Virus record (IMG/VR): IMGVR_UViG_3300022752_000022 | Coordinates: 64,001-128,000 of that record | Strand: one strand, 5' to 3' | Length of the DNA stretch: 64,000 bases | DNA from: a virus | Made by a program: the position numbers and the translations under genes | The notes under the pieces: model-generated | The model's input: only the letters and a program-made list of their open reading frames with translations | Told to the model about the DNA's origin: nothing | Databases searched by the model: none | Shown: positions 29,037-37,849 of the stretch, piece after piece | Layout: each line of letters begins with the position of its first letter | Numbering within the stretch: position 1 is the stretch's first letter

Positions 29037-29600
29037 ATGCCAGCGACATGGCTTATTAGCGATACACATTTCGGGCATGACAAAACCTGTACTGTGTTCA
29101 AAAGAGACGATGGTTACCCTCTTAGGCCCTTTAAAGATGCCGAAGAGATGGACGAGGAAATGATTAAGCGTTGGAACGAACGTGTTGATAAGAATGACAA
29201 AGTATATCACTTGGGAGACGTAGTCATTGCTCGTAAAAGTCTTGCTACTCTTAGTAGACTTAACGGAGACAAAGTTCTTATTAAAGGTAACCATGATATC
29301 TTTAAACTTCATGATTACACCGTACACTTTAGAGATATCAGAGGTTATCATGTGATGTCTGGTCTTATTCTTAGTCACGTTCCAGTACATGCTGATTCCA
29401 TCGAAAGATTTGGGTGCAATGTTCATGGACATCTTCACCATAGAAGAGTGATGAAAGATAATAAGATTGATCCGAGATACTTTAATGTGAGTGTAGAGTG
29501 TATCGACTTTGCTCCTATTCTTCTTGAAGATCTGAAGAAAAGAATTATGGAGCAGGGTGGGGGTGTCGAGATGAAAAAGTCTCGACACGAAGTAGATTAG
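29037..29600 (+). CDS. Calcineurin-like metallophosphoesterase
   Basis: SDTHFGH, HLGDV, KGNHD, SHVP, NVHGHLH. Confidence 0.88.
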   Translation: MPATWLISDTHFGHDKTCTVFKRDDGYPLRPFKDAEEMDEEMIKRWNERVDKNDKVYHLGDVVIARKSLATLSRLNGDKVLIKGNHDIFKLHDYTVHFRDIRGYHVMSGLILSHVPVHADSIERFGCNVHGHLHHRRVMKDNKIDPRYFNVSVECIDFAPILLEDLKKRIMEQGGGVEMKKSRHEVD

Positions 29601-29675
29601 CTGATGTAGATCAGTGGTAGATCGCTTTCTTGGTAAGAAAGAAGTCATGAGTTCGATTCTGTCAAGAGGTTACCA
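29600..29675 (+). pseudogene. Chimeric pseudo-tRNA-Thr(GGT)
   Basis: D arm and CTTTC-TTGGTAA-GAAAG anticodon arm are intact, but acceptor (GCTGATG vs AGAGGTT) and T stem do not pair. Confidence 0.65.
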
Positions 29676-29688
29676 AAAAGGAGTTTGT

Positions 29689-30225
29689 ATGAGACTTACT
29701 GATTTAATTAAAATATATGATAATGTTTTGAGTAAAGACTCTTGCAATAATATCATTGGGGAGTTTGAAGCAAGAAAAGAATTGGTAGATCATCATCATA
29801 ATGATGTTTACAAATTTGATCAATTAAACTTAAATCAGACTGATCTAAAACCTTTAGCGACAATTTTCATAAGGCAAATTATTCCGCTCATTAAATATTA
29901 TTCAGCGGAATTCAATGTTGATCGATTCATTAAAATGAATGCTTTTGAAGATGTTAGAATTAAAAAATACTTGAAGAATTCTGACTATCAATTTAAAACA
30001 CATATCGATAGTGCCGATAAAGAGTCTGCGGTACGATATTTGGTTTTCATTTTGTATTTGAATGATAACAACGGCAACACATTTTTTCCAACACTTGATT
30101 ACTCATGTAGACCAAAACAAGGAAGCATGATTTTGTTTCCACCTTTTTGGATGTATCCACATTCTGGTGTGATACCTACAGATAATGATAAGTATATTAT
30201 GATGAGCGCATTACATCATACATAA
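29689..30225 (+). CDS. 2OG-Fe(II) oxygenase (prolyl-hydroxylase-like)
   Basis: HID, LYLND, FPPFWMYPHSG, KYI; AAGGAG RBS before ATG 29689. Confidence 0.85.
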   Translation: MRLTDLIKIYDNVLSKDSCNNIIGEFEARKELVDHHHNDVYKFDQLNLNQTDLKPLATIFIRQIIPLIKYYSAEFNVDRFIKMNAFEDVRIKKYLKNSDYQFKTHIDSADKESAVRYLVFILYLNDNNGNTFFPTLDYSCRPKQGSMILFPPFWMYPHSGVIPTDNDKYIMMSALHHT

Positions 30226-30233
30226 TTCTATAG

Positions 30234-30422
30234 AATCCCCGGTCCTACGCCGGTTAGCGAGTGGGCGGTTAGACTTCCGTGAGTAGTCTAGGTTAGCCAT
30301 GCAACCTCCCTCCGGGCTTTTCATCCGGCAGGGTAAAAGATAATGGCAAAGTTGACCATCCTAAGATGGTACGGACAGGGTAACAACTCAATTCGGGGCT
30401 TATGGGAATAAGTAGCCGATCC
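30234..30422 (+). ncRNA. GC-rich multi-hairpin non-coding RNA candidate
   Basis: No credible ORF; hairpins TAGACT/AGTCTA, CCCTCCGG/CCGGCAGGG, ACCATC/GATGGT, CTTAT/ATAAG; abuts tRNA-Arg. Confidence 0.5.
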
Positions 30423-30429
30423 TAATTTT

Positions 30430-30504
30430 ATCACCGTCGTTCAACGGAAAGGACATAGGTCTTCTAAACCTAGAATAGGGGTTCGACTCCTCTCGGTGGT
30501 GCCA
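30430..30504 (+). tRNA. tRNA-Arg(TCT)
   Basis: ATCACCG/CGGTGGT, TAGGT-CTTCTAA-ACCTA, TTCGACT, GCCA. Confidence 0.88.
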
Positions 30505-30615
30505 ATAACTATCAGCGCAATAAAAAAATTTCATTGAAATGCCTATGACAATTGATATACATCTTAGAGGACTTCGGTGATTGATAAATAAGATGATATT
30601 TACATTGGAGGTATT

Positions 30616-30810
30616 ATGGCGACAAAGAAAAAACTTGACAGAGGTAGTGAAATAAAACCTAAACCTTTAAAAGTGAAGAAGACTGAATCCATCGAAGTTA
30701 AAAATGGTGTCTTTGAAGGCGAATACAGTAAAAGTCTTTATAATAACGGTGAATTAGTCAGTTTTGACATTGACTGGGACAAATTGAAAGAGTACATGAA
30801 GAAAATTTGA
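30616..30810 (+). CDS. Small hypothetical protein
   Basis: GGAGG RBS. Confidence 0.6.
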   Translation: MATKKKLDRGSEIKPKPLKVKKTESIEVKNGVFEGEYSKSLYNNGELVSFDIDWDKLKEYMKKI

Positions 30811-30868
30811 TGATTCGCCTAAGACAAATCGGATGATCTTGCTTGAAAGAAATCTTAGTCAATTGGCG

Positions 30869-30921
30869 TGTTGCATAAAAACAACAGGGCGCTTGACAGC
30901 GCATCTTTTTTATTGTAGAAT
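30869..30921 (+). promoter_or_regulatory. Early promoter with box
   Basis: TGTTGCATAAAAACAACA-6 nt-TTGACA-17 nt-TAGAAT. Confidence 0.8.
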
Positions 30922-30947
30922 TAAATCAAATATGAAGGAGATATCTC

Positions 30948-31475
30948 ATGCCCAACTGGTGTTATAATAATATTACGATTCATGGAAGCAGTGCGGAGAT
31001 CGCAAAGATTGAAAAGTTTCTTGAAGAACGAAAAGGTGAAAATTGGTTTGATTATTTTCTTCCGATGCCTGAAGAAATTAAGAAAACAGATGGCGCATGG
31101 TATGAATGGGCAATTAATAATTGGGGCACTAAGTGGAATTGTAATGCAGTTGATTGGACGGCTTTTGAGGGCGAAATCTCATTTACTTTTGATTCAGCAT
31201 GGGGTCCACCGATTACTTTGTACGAGTATATTTCAAATGAATTTGAAGACTTATCAATTCAAGCAGAATACTTAGAAGAAGGTATGGGTTTTGTTGGTGA
31301 ATTTATTGATGGTGAAGATAATTGTTACGAATACGAAGACTTAGAAGATTTAGATTACATTCCAGAACATCTAGTGGAGAATTGGAATCTCCGAGAAATG
31401 TTAGAGGACAGAGAAAGTGAATACGACGAATATCAAGAAGAGGAATCCGATAGCGAAGGATCTCAAAAGTCCTAA
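30948..31475 (+). CDS. YubB/DUF1281-like ferredoxin-fold protein
   Basis: MPNWC.N, WYEW..NNWGTKW, FDSAWGPP, E.GMGFVG. Confidence 0.75.
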   Translation: MPNWCYNNITIHGSSAEIAKIEKFLEERKGENWFDYFLPMPEEIKKTDGAWYEWAINNWGTKWNCNAVDWTAFEGEISFTFDSAWGPPITLYEYISNEFEDLSIQAEYLEEGMGFVGEFIDGEDNCYEYEDLEDLDYIPEHLVENWNLREMLEDRESEYDEYQEEESDSEGSQKS

Positions 31476-31534
31476 GTATCGGATGCGCGTTGTTGAAAGC
31501 AAATTGAGAAAACCACCTAAGCATAAGGAACGGT

Positions 31535-31840
31535 ATGAGTTTGTATCTTGAAAACATGGGTCCTCGACAAAGCATTGCATCGGAAATTCTAGACACCATT
31601 CGATTCGGAGATTTGGATAGAATCAAAAGCGCAGGCACTTATGTAAAGAAAAAACTAGACGCAACATCGGATGCTTATGTGTTGCATTTCGGCCGATCTA
31701 AAGATTTTTACGGTGCTGTCCTTGTTCACAAGCCAAATAGCATTGAAGTGAAACTTGTAAATGCTGGCCGAAAAAAGTCTATGAAGTTTAAGCGATTGGC
31801 TGAAGTCAAACAATACTTTTGTAAGACTTTAATTCTATAA
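31535..31840 (+). CDS. Hypothetical protein
   Basis: AAGGA RBS; operon context. Confidence 0.55.
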   Translation: MSLYLENMGPRQSIASEILDTIRFGDLDRIKSAGTYVKKKLDATSDAYVLHFGRSKDFYGAVLVHKPNSIEVKLVNAGRKKSMKFKRLAEVKQYFCKTLIL

Positions 31841-32175
31841 TGAATAGCACTGAGAATAATTATTTGGACGAAGATGGCTATCCTACTGAAGAGTTTTTAA
31901 CAAGTATTGAAATCTGGCGAGATAGACCTTTTACTGAATTGATGGATATGATTAAGCCATACTGGAGGTTTTCGGACTTCGGTTATTGGACTCAGCAGGC
32001 TGTGCTGGTAAAAGAAGATTGGATAATGGAATACAGATTGAGTACAGGTGGTTGGTCCGGCAATGAGAGTATCATTAGAGCACTAAAGGACAATCATATT
32101 TTTTGGAGTCTCTGCTGGTACAGTAGCCAACGAGGCGGTCATTATGTGTTTGAGGTGAAACATGAAAAAGCGTAA
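31840..32175 (+). CDS. Conserved hypothetical protein
   Basis: DEDGYPT, STGGWSGNES, RGGHY. Confidence 0.65.
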   Translation: MNSTENNYLDEDGYPTEEFLTSIEIWRDRPFTELMDMIKPYWRFSDFGYWTQQAVLVKEDWIMEYRLSTGGWSGNESIIRALKDNHIFWSLCWYSSQRGGHYVFEVKHEKA

Positions 32176-32485
32176 CCAAAAATCATTGTTAACACAAATC
32201 GGTGAAAAGATTAAACAACGCCGATCACAAATGCTGATTCATTCTTGTCTTTATTATGAAATGAATGAGAGCATTGTTGACGATCATACATGGCAAAAAT
32301 GGGCCAATGAACTCGCAGAATTGCAAAAAAATCATCCTGATGAATGCAATATGGATTTTTATGATGAACACTTTAAAGATTGGGATGGTTCATCGGGTTA
32401 TCATTTGCCTTTGAGAGATCCTTGGGTCTACGGCAAAGCAAAGTACATTCTAGAATTGACGAGGAACGGTTATGGGAATGTTTGA
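32162..32485 (+). CDS. Stand-alone NAD-ligase N-terminal-like helical domain protein
   Basis: HS.LYY....IVDDH.W..W..EL..L pattern resembles LigA domain Ia. Confidence 0.5.
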   Translation: MKKRNQKSLLTQIGEKIKQRRSQMLIHSCLYYEMNESIVDDHTWQKWANELAELQKNHPDECNMDFYDEHFKDWDGSSGYHLPLRDPWVYGKAKYILELTRNGYGNV

Positions 32486-32792
32486 TTACATTACTTATAA
32501 TGGTAATAAATATCAGACAAAGAATACTCCATCACAAAGCATAGATAATTATGAAATTCGTAACAATCAATTGTGGTATGAAGATTATGATGCTGAGTGG
32601 ATTGATGCAGAAAGAGGCAGTTTTTTGGGGCACATAGAAAAGAAAAATCTTCGTTGGACATTTTGCGAAAAGTTTATCGGTGAGATTCGGTTCTATAGAT
32701 TATTAAACAGGAAAACTAGCACCTTGGAAGAGTATTCTTCTTACTTTTATAAAGGGCAGTTGAAAGAACTTCATCTGTTAGAAAATGAGTGA
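32472..32792 (+). CDS. Hypothetical protein (MGMFD family)
   Basis: MGMFD...YQTK...GEIRFY. Confidence 0.6.
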   Translation: MGMFDYITYNGNKYQTKNTPSQSIDNYEIRNNQLWYEDYDAEWIDAERGSFLGHIEKKNLRWTFCEKFIGEIRFYRLLNRKTSTLEEYSSYFYKGQLKELHLLENE

Positions 32793-32994
32793 TATAGCAA
32801 AGCGTCGGGAACAAATGAAAGTATGGATTGATCCGCCGAGTGGATGGAAATATGGTTTCCCTAAAATCTACGATCCTGATTGTGGCTTGAATGTCATGGA
32901 ATGGTTAGTGAAAGAAGGATATCCACAAAAAGAGATAGACTACATAGGGAGATTGTTCTACATCAGAAAGTGGAAAGTCAAGAACGATGAATGA
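32785..32994 (+). CDS. Hypothetical protein
   Basis: IDPPSGWKYGFPK motif. Confidence 0.6.
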   Translation: MSDIAKRREQMKVWIDPPSGWKYGFPKIYDPDCGLNVMEWLVKEGYPQKEIDYIGRLFYIRKWKVKNDE

Positions 32995-33229
32995 TTGGAA
33001 ACACACAAATAGCATGGACTACTTTTATAGAAAAGATGACGGTCGTGTTTTAGGTGCTGTATGGCATAAAGCATTAGATTCTTCAGTATGGACCTCAAAG
33101 ATATACACAGAGGACTTTCCATTTACAAACGAAAGCGAAAAGTTTTTAGGCCATTTCATTGACGAGTATTCAGCAAAGAAATCAGTTGAACTTTTCTGGC
33201 TTAAAGAGTATAATACACTTTTAACTTAA
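32987..33229 (+). CDS. Hypothetical protein
   Basis: Overlapping operon context. Confidence 0.5.
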   Translation: MNDWKHTNSMDYFYRKDDGRVLGAVWHKALDSSVWTSKIYTEDFPFTNESEKFLGHFIDEYSAKKSVELFWLKEYNTLLT

Positions 33230-33246
33230 AATAAAAAAGGAACGCA

Positions 33247-33447
33247 ATGAAGATACTTAAATCTTATTGGTCAACAAATAGCACAGGTACGATTGGAATC
33301 GTGCAAGTTGAAACATTAACTAATGAAATTAAATATTATATTGGAGTTGGTTCAGGAAAAAGTGAATCTGAAGACCGTGAACGTATCGCTTACTACGGCA
33401 GTAAATTTTTAAATGAAGCAGGTGATATAATTTTTAAGGATATGTAA
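33247..33447 (+). CDS. Hypothetical protein
   Basis: IGIV...YIG...G.SE..D...IA.YG.KF. Confidence 0.55.
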   Translation: MKILKSYWSTNSTGTIGIVQVETLTNEIKYYIGVGSGKSESEDRERIAYYGSKFLNEAGDIIFKDM

Positions 33448-33783
33448 ATGTTTTGGGCAATTTTTAACTTTATCGGTGCGTGGTACTTATGGAACGTTTC
33501 GCAGAACGCATTTGAAATGAAAATCGATCATATAGGTTGGTTAGCCCTTTTCTTCAGTGCTGTCAATTTTGCAGCAGGTTTGAATGGTATAATATAAAGG
33601 AGTTTATCTAATGAAAGAAGTGAGGGGTTGGCTAGAGAATCGTGTCACAGCATTGCGTGAAGGTAAAGATTCAATTCCTAAAATTGAAATTGATTATTAT
33701 GATACATTTTTTGAAGTTCATTCAGACATTCTAGAAACGATTTGGGTCCAAGTAATGGAGAATGATTTTGTAAAGGAATAAAA

Positions 33784-33990
33784 GTGGAATTTGATAAGGA
33801 AACCGATATAGTATATGCTGATACGATTGACTACATCAACCGAGCACTGTATCAGCATAATCCTTTAGCACTTGCTGCAAGTCTTGTAACTTTAGGACTA
33901 GCAATGTATAGAACATCATTGTCTGACGAAGATTATGATAAGATGTGCACCGCAATTTATGATACAAGATTTAGAATTAAGAAGATTTAA
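33784..33990 (+). CDS. Hypothetical protein
   Basis: GTG start with AAGGA RBS. Confidence 0.5.
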   Translation: MEFDKETDIVYADTIDYINRALYQHNPLALAASLVTLGLAMYRTSLSDEDYDKMCTAIYDTRFRIKKI

Positions 33991-33991
33991 A

Positions 33992-34031
33992 CTGTCATCA
34001 AATCTTCATGAAAATTTAATGCAAATGTAAT
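33992..34031 (+). promoter_or_regulatory. Putative Pho box (PhoB site), four 11-nt-spaced half-sites
   Basis: CTGTCAT-caaa-TCTTCAT-gaaa-ATTTAAT-gcaa-ATGTAAT versus consensus CTGTCAT-N4-CTGT(C/A)A(C/T). Confidence 0.7.
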
Positions 34032-34055
34032 CAGTTTTATATCATTTTTATGTTA

Positions 34056-34092
34056 AATACATACGAGAGTATAGGGAACTCTCGTATGTATT
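34056..34092. repeat. Perfect 15-bp inverted repeat in the operon leader
   Basis: AATACATACGAGAGT-ATAGGGA-ACTCTCGTATGTATT. Confidence 0.85.
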
Positions 34093-34113
34093 AATCTTTT
34101 TAAGGGGAATGGT

Positions 34114-34359
34114 ATGAAACTAGAGATGCGTGTATGGGATATGGATGTTCGTTTAGAGCTAGAAGATGATGACACTGAAGATCAACTTTCAGTTTTGACA
34201 ACAGTTAGAGACCTTTTGGATATGTTGAGTCGGTTTGAAAAAGTAAATGTTAGCATCACACAAATTGAAGATGCTGATGAAGAAGTTGCAGAAGAAGACG
34301 AAGAAGAAAATCACACTGAAGTTGTACAAGATCATGCAGAGGAAAATCAAGTAATCTGA
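34114..34359 (+). CDS. Small highly acidic protein
   Basis: AAGGGG RBS; D/E-rich; first gene after the Pho box. Confidence 0.6.
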   Translation: MKLEMRVWDMDVRLELEDDDTEDQLSVLTTVRDLLDMLSRFEKVNVSITQIEDADEEVAEEDEEENHTEVVQDHAEENQVI

Positions 34360-34366
34360 TGAGAAA

Positions 34367-35140
34367 ATGGATTACCGTACCATCTTTATATCGGATGTAC
34401 ATTTAGGTAGTAAGGGTTGTAAAGCAGAAATATTAAGTAATTTTCTTAAAAACAGCAATGCACATAAATTATATCTTATAGGCGATATAGTAGACGGTTG
34501 GAAAATTCAGCAAAATAAGTGGGCTTGGAGACAAGCCCACTCCAACGTAGTGAGAAGAATTCTAGGTTACGCCAAACGTGGCACTGAAGTTGTTTACATA
34601 GCAGGGAATCATGATGAGTTTTTAAGACCAATGATACCTTACGGTTTAACCTTCGGTCGCATCCAAGTAGCAAATCAATGTACGCATGTAGGACTAGATG
34701 GCAAAAAATATCTAGTGATACATGGCGATCTTTTTGACGGTATCACTAGATTAGCACCGTGGATTAGTTTTCTCGGTGATAAATCTTATGACATGCTCAT
34801 TTCAATCAATACTAAATTTAACTGGTGGAGGCACAAACTTGGATTCGGGTATTGGAGTTTATCTAAGTATCTTAAACACAGAGTCAAGCGGGCTATTGAT
34901 TTTATGTTTCAGTTTGAGCGTAATCTTGCTGACTATTGTAGTAAGCGTGGTTTTGACGGAGTTATTTGTGGACACATCCACAAAGCAGAAATCAAAACAA
35001 TAAATGGCGTCATCTACATGAACGACGGTGATTGGGTTGAATCGTGTTCAGCATTAGTTGAGCATTTAGATGGCCGTTGGGAAATTGTGTATTGGGACAA
35101 GAGTGAAGACGATGTGGATTCTGTTTCTGATAGTCGTTAA
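34367..35140 (+). CDS. PlcP/LpxH-family metallophosphoesterase (phospholipase C-like)
   Basis: ISDVHLGS, GDIVDGW, AGNHDEF, HGDLFD, CGHIH, YMNDGDWVESCSALVE. Confidence 0.82.
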   Translation: MDYRTIFISDVHLGSKGCKAEILSNFLKNSNAHKLYLIGDIVDGWKIQQNKWAWRQAHSNVVRRILGYAKRGTEVVYIAGNHDEFLRPMIPYGLTFGRIQVANQCTHVGLDGKKYLVIHGDLFDGITRLAPWISFLGDKSYDMLISINTKFNWWRHKLGFGYWSLSKYLKHRVKRAIDFMFQFERNLADYCSKRGFDGVICGHIHKAEIKTINGVIYMNDGDWVESCSALVEHLDGRWEIVYWDKSEDDVDSVSDSR

Positions 35141-35315
35141 CATATACGATCCATCGGATGTGCCGGGCCGTATACAATTACAATTCAAAGATCAAGCTAG
35201 CTGTGAACTAGCGTTACAAAACACAAACTATTGGGTAAAATTCCCGTGGTTCAAAGTGGAGGGGAAGTGTGAAAAAAATACTGATCATAACAGACAATTT
35301 ACCAGACCAAATTAA
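35112..35315 (+). CDS. Small protein with hydrophobic N-terminus
   Basis: MWILFLIVV start; Cys pair; lies between the plcP-like and GT4 genes. Confidence 0.5.
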   Translation: MWILFLIVVNIYDPSDVPGRIQLQFKDQASCELALQNTNYWVKFPWFKVEGKCEKNTDHNRQFTRPN

Positions 35316-36270
35316 CGGTGTTGTTACCACATACAAAAATATTGAGGCGTGTGCGGTTCGTGATGATTATAACTTTGTTTACATTACTCCCGATGAGTTC
35401 CGCCACTTTGATTGCCCTGTATACAACGAAGTCAAGATTGCCTATCCAAGGAATATGGGCGAGAAGATTGCGGAGATACGTCCGGATCATATCCATATCG
35501 CCACAGAGGGTCCTGTTGGTTTGTGGGCTAGAGCATATCTTACAAAACATCATTATCGTTACAATACTGCTTATCATACTAAATTTCCTGAAGGGCTCAA
35601 AACTCTGGTTGGACTTCCTGAGTCTATTACCTGGCGTTACATAAAGTGGTTTCATAAACATACAGGCAAAGTGCTGACAACAACGGAATCAATGAAAGAA
35701 CAATTGAAAGCTAAAGGTTTAGTTGCTGACATTGTGCCGTGGACTAGAGGAGTTGATCGGACCATTTTTCATCCAGAGCATAGAACAAAAACAAACGGGC
35801 AACCAACTTTGCTTTGTGTGAGCCGAGTCAGTAAAGAAAAGAACCTGGAAGATTTTTGTAGTCTAGACTATTTTGGTGCAAAGAAAATTATGGTCGGTGA
35901 TGGTCCATATCGTGAAGAATTGGAAGAAAAGTATCCTGATGTGGAATTTGTCGGCTTCAAAACCGGTGTAGAATTAGCAACATATTTCGCAAATGCAGAT
36001 GTGTTCGTATTTCCTTCAAGATGGGAAACATTCGGCATTGTTATGATTGAAGCAATTGCATGTGGAACTCCTGTTGCAGCATATCCTTGCCAGGGCCCAG
36101 AGGATATCATTGAAAACGGTAAGACTGGCTACCTTAGAGAAAATCTTAAACAAGCAATTACCGAATGCCTGGTCATGGACCGAAACGTAGTCCATCAGCA
36201 TAGTCTGAAGTGGTCATGGGAAGAAGCGTGGGAAATCTTCCGGAACAATCTAGTTCCTCTCAAAAACTGA
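35269..36270 (+). CDS. GT4 glycosyltransferase (Agt-like diacylglycerol glycosyltransferase)
   Basis: ITD..P.QINGVV.T, HIATEGPVG, TAYHTKFPE, W.RGVD, RVSKEKN, FPSRWETFG.V.IEA.ACGTPVAAYP. Confidence 0.82.
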   Translation: MKKILIITDNLPDQINGVVTTYKNIEACAVRDDYNFVYITPDEFRHFDCPVYNEVKIAYPRNMGEKIAEIRPDHIHIATEGPVGLWARAYLTKHHYRYNTAYHTKFPEGLKTLVGLPESITWRYIKWFHKHTGKVLTTTESMKEQLKAKGLVADIVPWTRGVDRTIFHPEHRTKTNGQPTLLCVSRVSKEKNLEDFCSLDYFGAKKIMVGDGPYREELEEKYPDVEFVGFKTGVELATYFANADVFVFPSRWETFGIVMIEAIACGTPVAAYPCQGPEDIIENGKTGYLRENLKQAITECLVMDRNVVHQHSLKWSWEEAWEIFRNNLVPLKN

Positions 36271-36272
36271 TT

Positions 36273-36321
36273 TGTTGTTTTCATACAACACAGTTGACAA
36301 TTATCAGGACCAGCGTATAAT
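36273..36321 (+). promoter_or_regulatory. Early promoter with box
   Basis: TGTTGTTTTCATACAACA-cag-TTGACA-16 nt-TATAAT. Confidence 0.85.
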
Positions 36322-36357
36322 TAATTCTGTAGTGATTAATTAACAAAGGAATCTGAA

Positions 36358-36645
36358 ATGAGAATGAAGCGAATGATTGATGGTCTTGACAACGGTCAGA
36401 AAATCCGTGTTATCGTTGATGGTGTTGGTTTCCACACCACAGTCAAGGGTGCTTTTGATCTGGTTTACTACCACCATCGTGTGGCCGCGGTCCAAGCTCT
36501 CACCAATCTCGCTCTGAAGCGTATTCTAGCCAGGACTGAAAAGCCTACAGGTTTCGCCACCACTTATGATGTCCGTAAACTACCGGATGTGACTGGCGAT
36601 GAAGGCAAGCTGATCCGTGTGGATGTTCAAGTTGACTTGTTGTAA
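36358..36645 (+). CDS. Early hypothetical protein
   Basis: AAGGA RBS after the promoter. Confidence 0.6.
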   Translation: MRMKRMIDGLDNGQKIRVIVDGVGFHTTVKGAFDLVYYHHRVAAVQALTNLALKRILARTEKPTGFATTYDVRKLPDVTGDEGKLIRVDVQVDLL

Positions 36646-36680
36646 TTAAACAACTTTTTTATTCTTCTGGAGTTTTTATC

Positions 36681-36887
36681 ATGCGTACCACGACAATCTA
36701 CCATCTCCTCGGAGTGTCAAAAGCCAAGACTGCTAAAGCAGTCCTATTCCTTGACCCAGAAACCGACCGGCAAGCGTGGATTCCGCTTTCCATTGCTACT
36801 GTCAAGTTTATCGGTGCTAACTTTCGCGTGAAAGTCTCGATTCCTGACTGGTTTTTCAACAAAATCTCCTGGACTCCTGTTGCGTAA
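36681..36887 (+). CDS. Early hypothetical protein
   Basis: GGAG RBS; TAKA.L...WIPLS motif. Confidence 0.6.
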   Translation: MRTTTIYHLLGVSKAKTAKAVLFLDPETDRQAWIPLSIATVKFIGANFRVKVSIPDWFFNKISWTPVA

Positions 36888-36926
36888 ATACAACGGGGTT
36901 GACACCAATCCCGTTTAGTGTATAAT
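36878..36926 (+). promoter_or_regulatory. Early promoter with box
   Basis: TGTTGCGTAAATACAACG-ggg-TTGACA-16 nt-TATAAT. Confidence 0.85.
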
Positions 36927-36956
36927 TAAACCATGATGATTCAAAAGGAAACCGAA

Positions 36957-37133
36957 ATGAAAGTAGTAATGATTACCAAAGCCCAGCCCTTCGGCAACGA
37001 AGTCCTTGCAATCTTCGCAAACCCTGCTGATGCAGCAGCTTTTGCAGCCGATCTTGCTGATCCCGCAGTCAACCTGGTTGAATGCAACCTTGTGGTTGGT
37101 CCGTTCGGCATGAAAATGGTTCCTGTTGTTTAA
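36957..37133 (+). CDS. Early hypothetical protein
   Basis: AAGGA RBS before ATG 36957. Confidence 0.55.
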   Translation: MKVVMITKAQPFGNEVLAIFANPADAAAFAADLADPAVNLVECNLVVGPFGMKMVPVV

Positions 37134-37172
37134 TTACAACAGGGTTGACAAATGGCCAAGGCCTGCTACAAT
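37124..37172 (+). promoter_or_regulatory. Early promoter with box
   Basis: TGTTGTTTAATTACAACA-ggg-TTGACA-16 nt-TACAAT (TGn extended -10). Confidence 0.85.
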
Positions 37173-37211
37173 GAAGTTATGGTGATTGATAAAGAATTGA
37201 AAGGAAAGAAA

Positions 37212-37466
37212 ATGATTGATTTTATCGCTGCTGAGAATGGTTGCATTGAACTCTACGCTAGTGTCGGCAACTTGGTTGTCAAGTCTGCTGATCCTGAGGT
37301 GCTTGCTGATGCAGCCCTTGCAGTCGGCGGTTTTGCTCGGAATTTGATGGCTTCGTCTTCGTGTGATTTTGCTGAAGAATATGGCTTTGAAAGCCAGGCT
37401 GCCTTTGATGCACTTTTGGATGAAATGTTTGATTGTGCTACCGCTGGTACGATGTTGGAAGGATAA
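37212..37466 (+). CDS. Early hypothetical protein
   Basis: AAGGA RBS; IDFI.A.NG.I...SSS.DFAEEYGF. Confidence 0.6.
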   Translation: MIDFIAAENGCIELYASVGNLVVKSADPEVLADAALAVGGFARNLMASSSCDFAEEYGFESQAAFDALLDEMFDCATAGTMLEG

Positions 37467-37633
37467 TATAGAATGAAAGAGGATATCAAAGCCAAGTTGG
37501 AAGAAGTCCGTAGTCTGTTGAAGCAGGCTACAATGAATGGAAACAGTTTAGAGTGTACGGCTGTCCTCGTGGTGATGGAACGCAATTTGAACAAATTGCT
37601 AGAGTACAATGATACATATGTGGATTAGTGTAG

Positions 37634-37849
37634 GTGTGGGCAATGAAACACTGTTGGCCTAAAAAAATGTACTATGTAGCACTAAACAAGCCCCATACCT
37701 TCCCCGACGGTGGCTGGCGTGATTTTATTTCCACGCCAAGTCTAGGTAGGGCGAGGTACTATGCCAAGAAGCTTAAACGAAAGTATAGGCAAATTGATGT
37801 TTATGAAAAAGGTAATGAACCGTATGTGCTGTTTGGGAGTTGGTTATAA
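37634..37849 (+). CDS. Small basic hypothetical protein
   Basis: Operon context. Confidence 0.45.
   Translation: MWAMKHCWPKKMYYVALNKPHTFPDGGWRDFISTPSLGRARYYAKKLKRKYRQIDVYEKGNEPYVLFGSWL

Noticed and set aside
28944-29648. 234-aa minus-strand ORF
   Set aside because: Antisense shadow of the metallophosphoesterase and two tRNA-like genes; no recognisable motifs.
30234-30422. RNase P RNA
   Set aside because: Lacks the conserved GAGGAAAGUCC and terminal P4 signatures and is too short.
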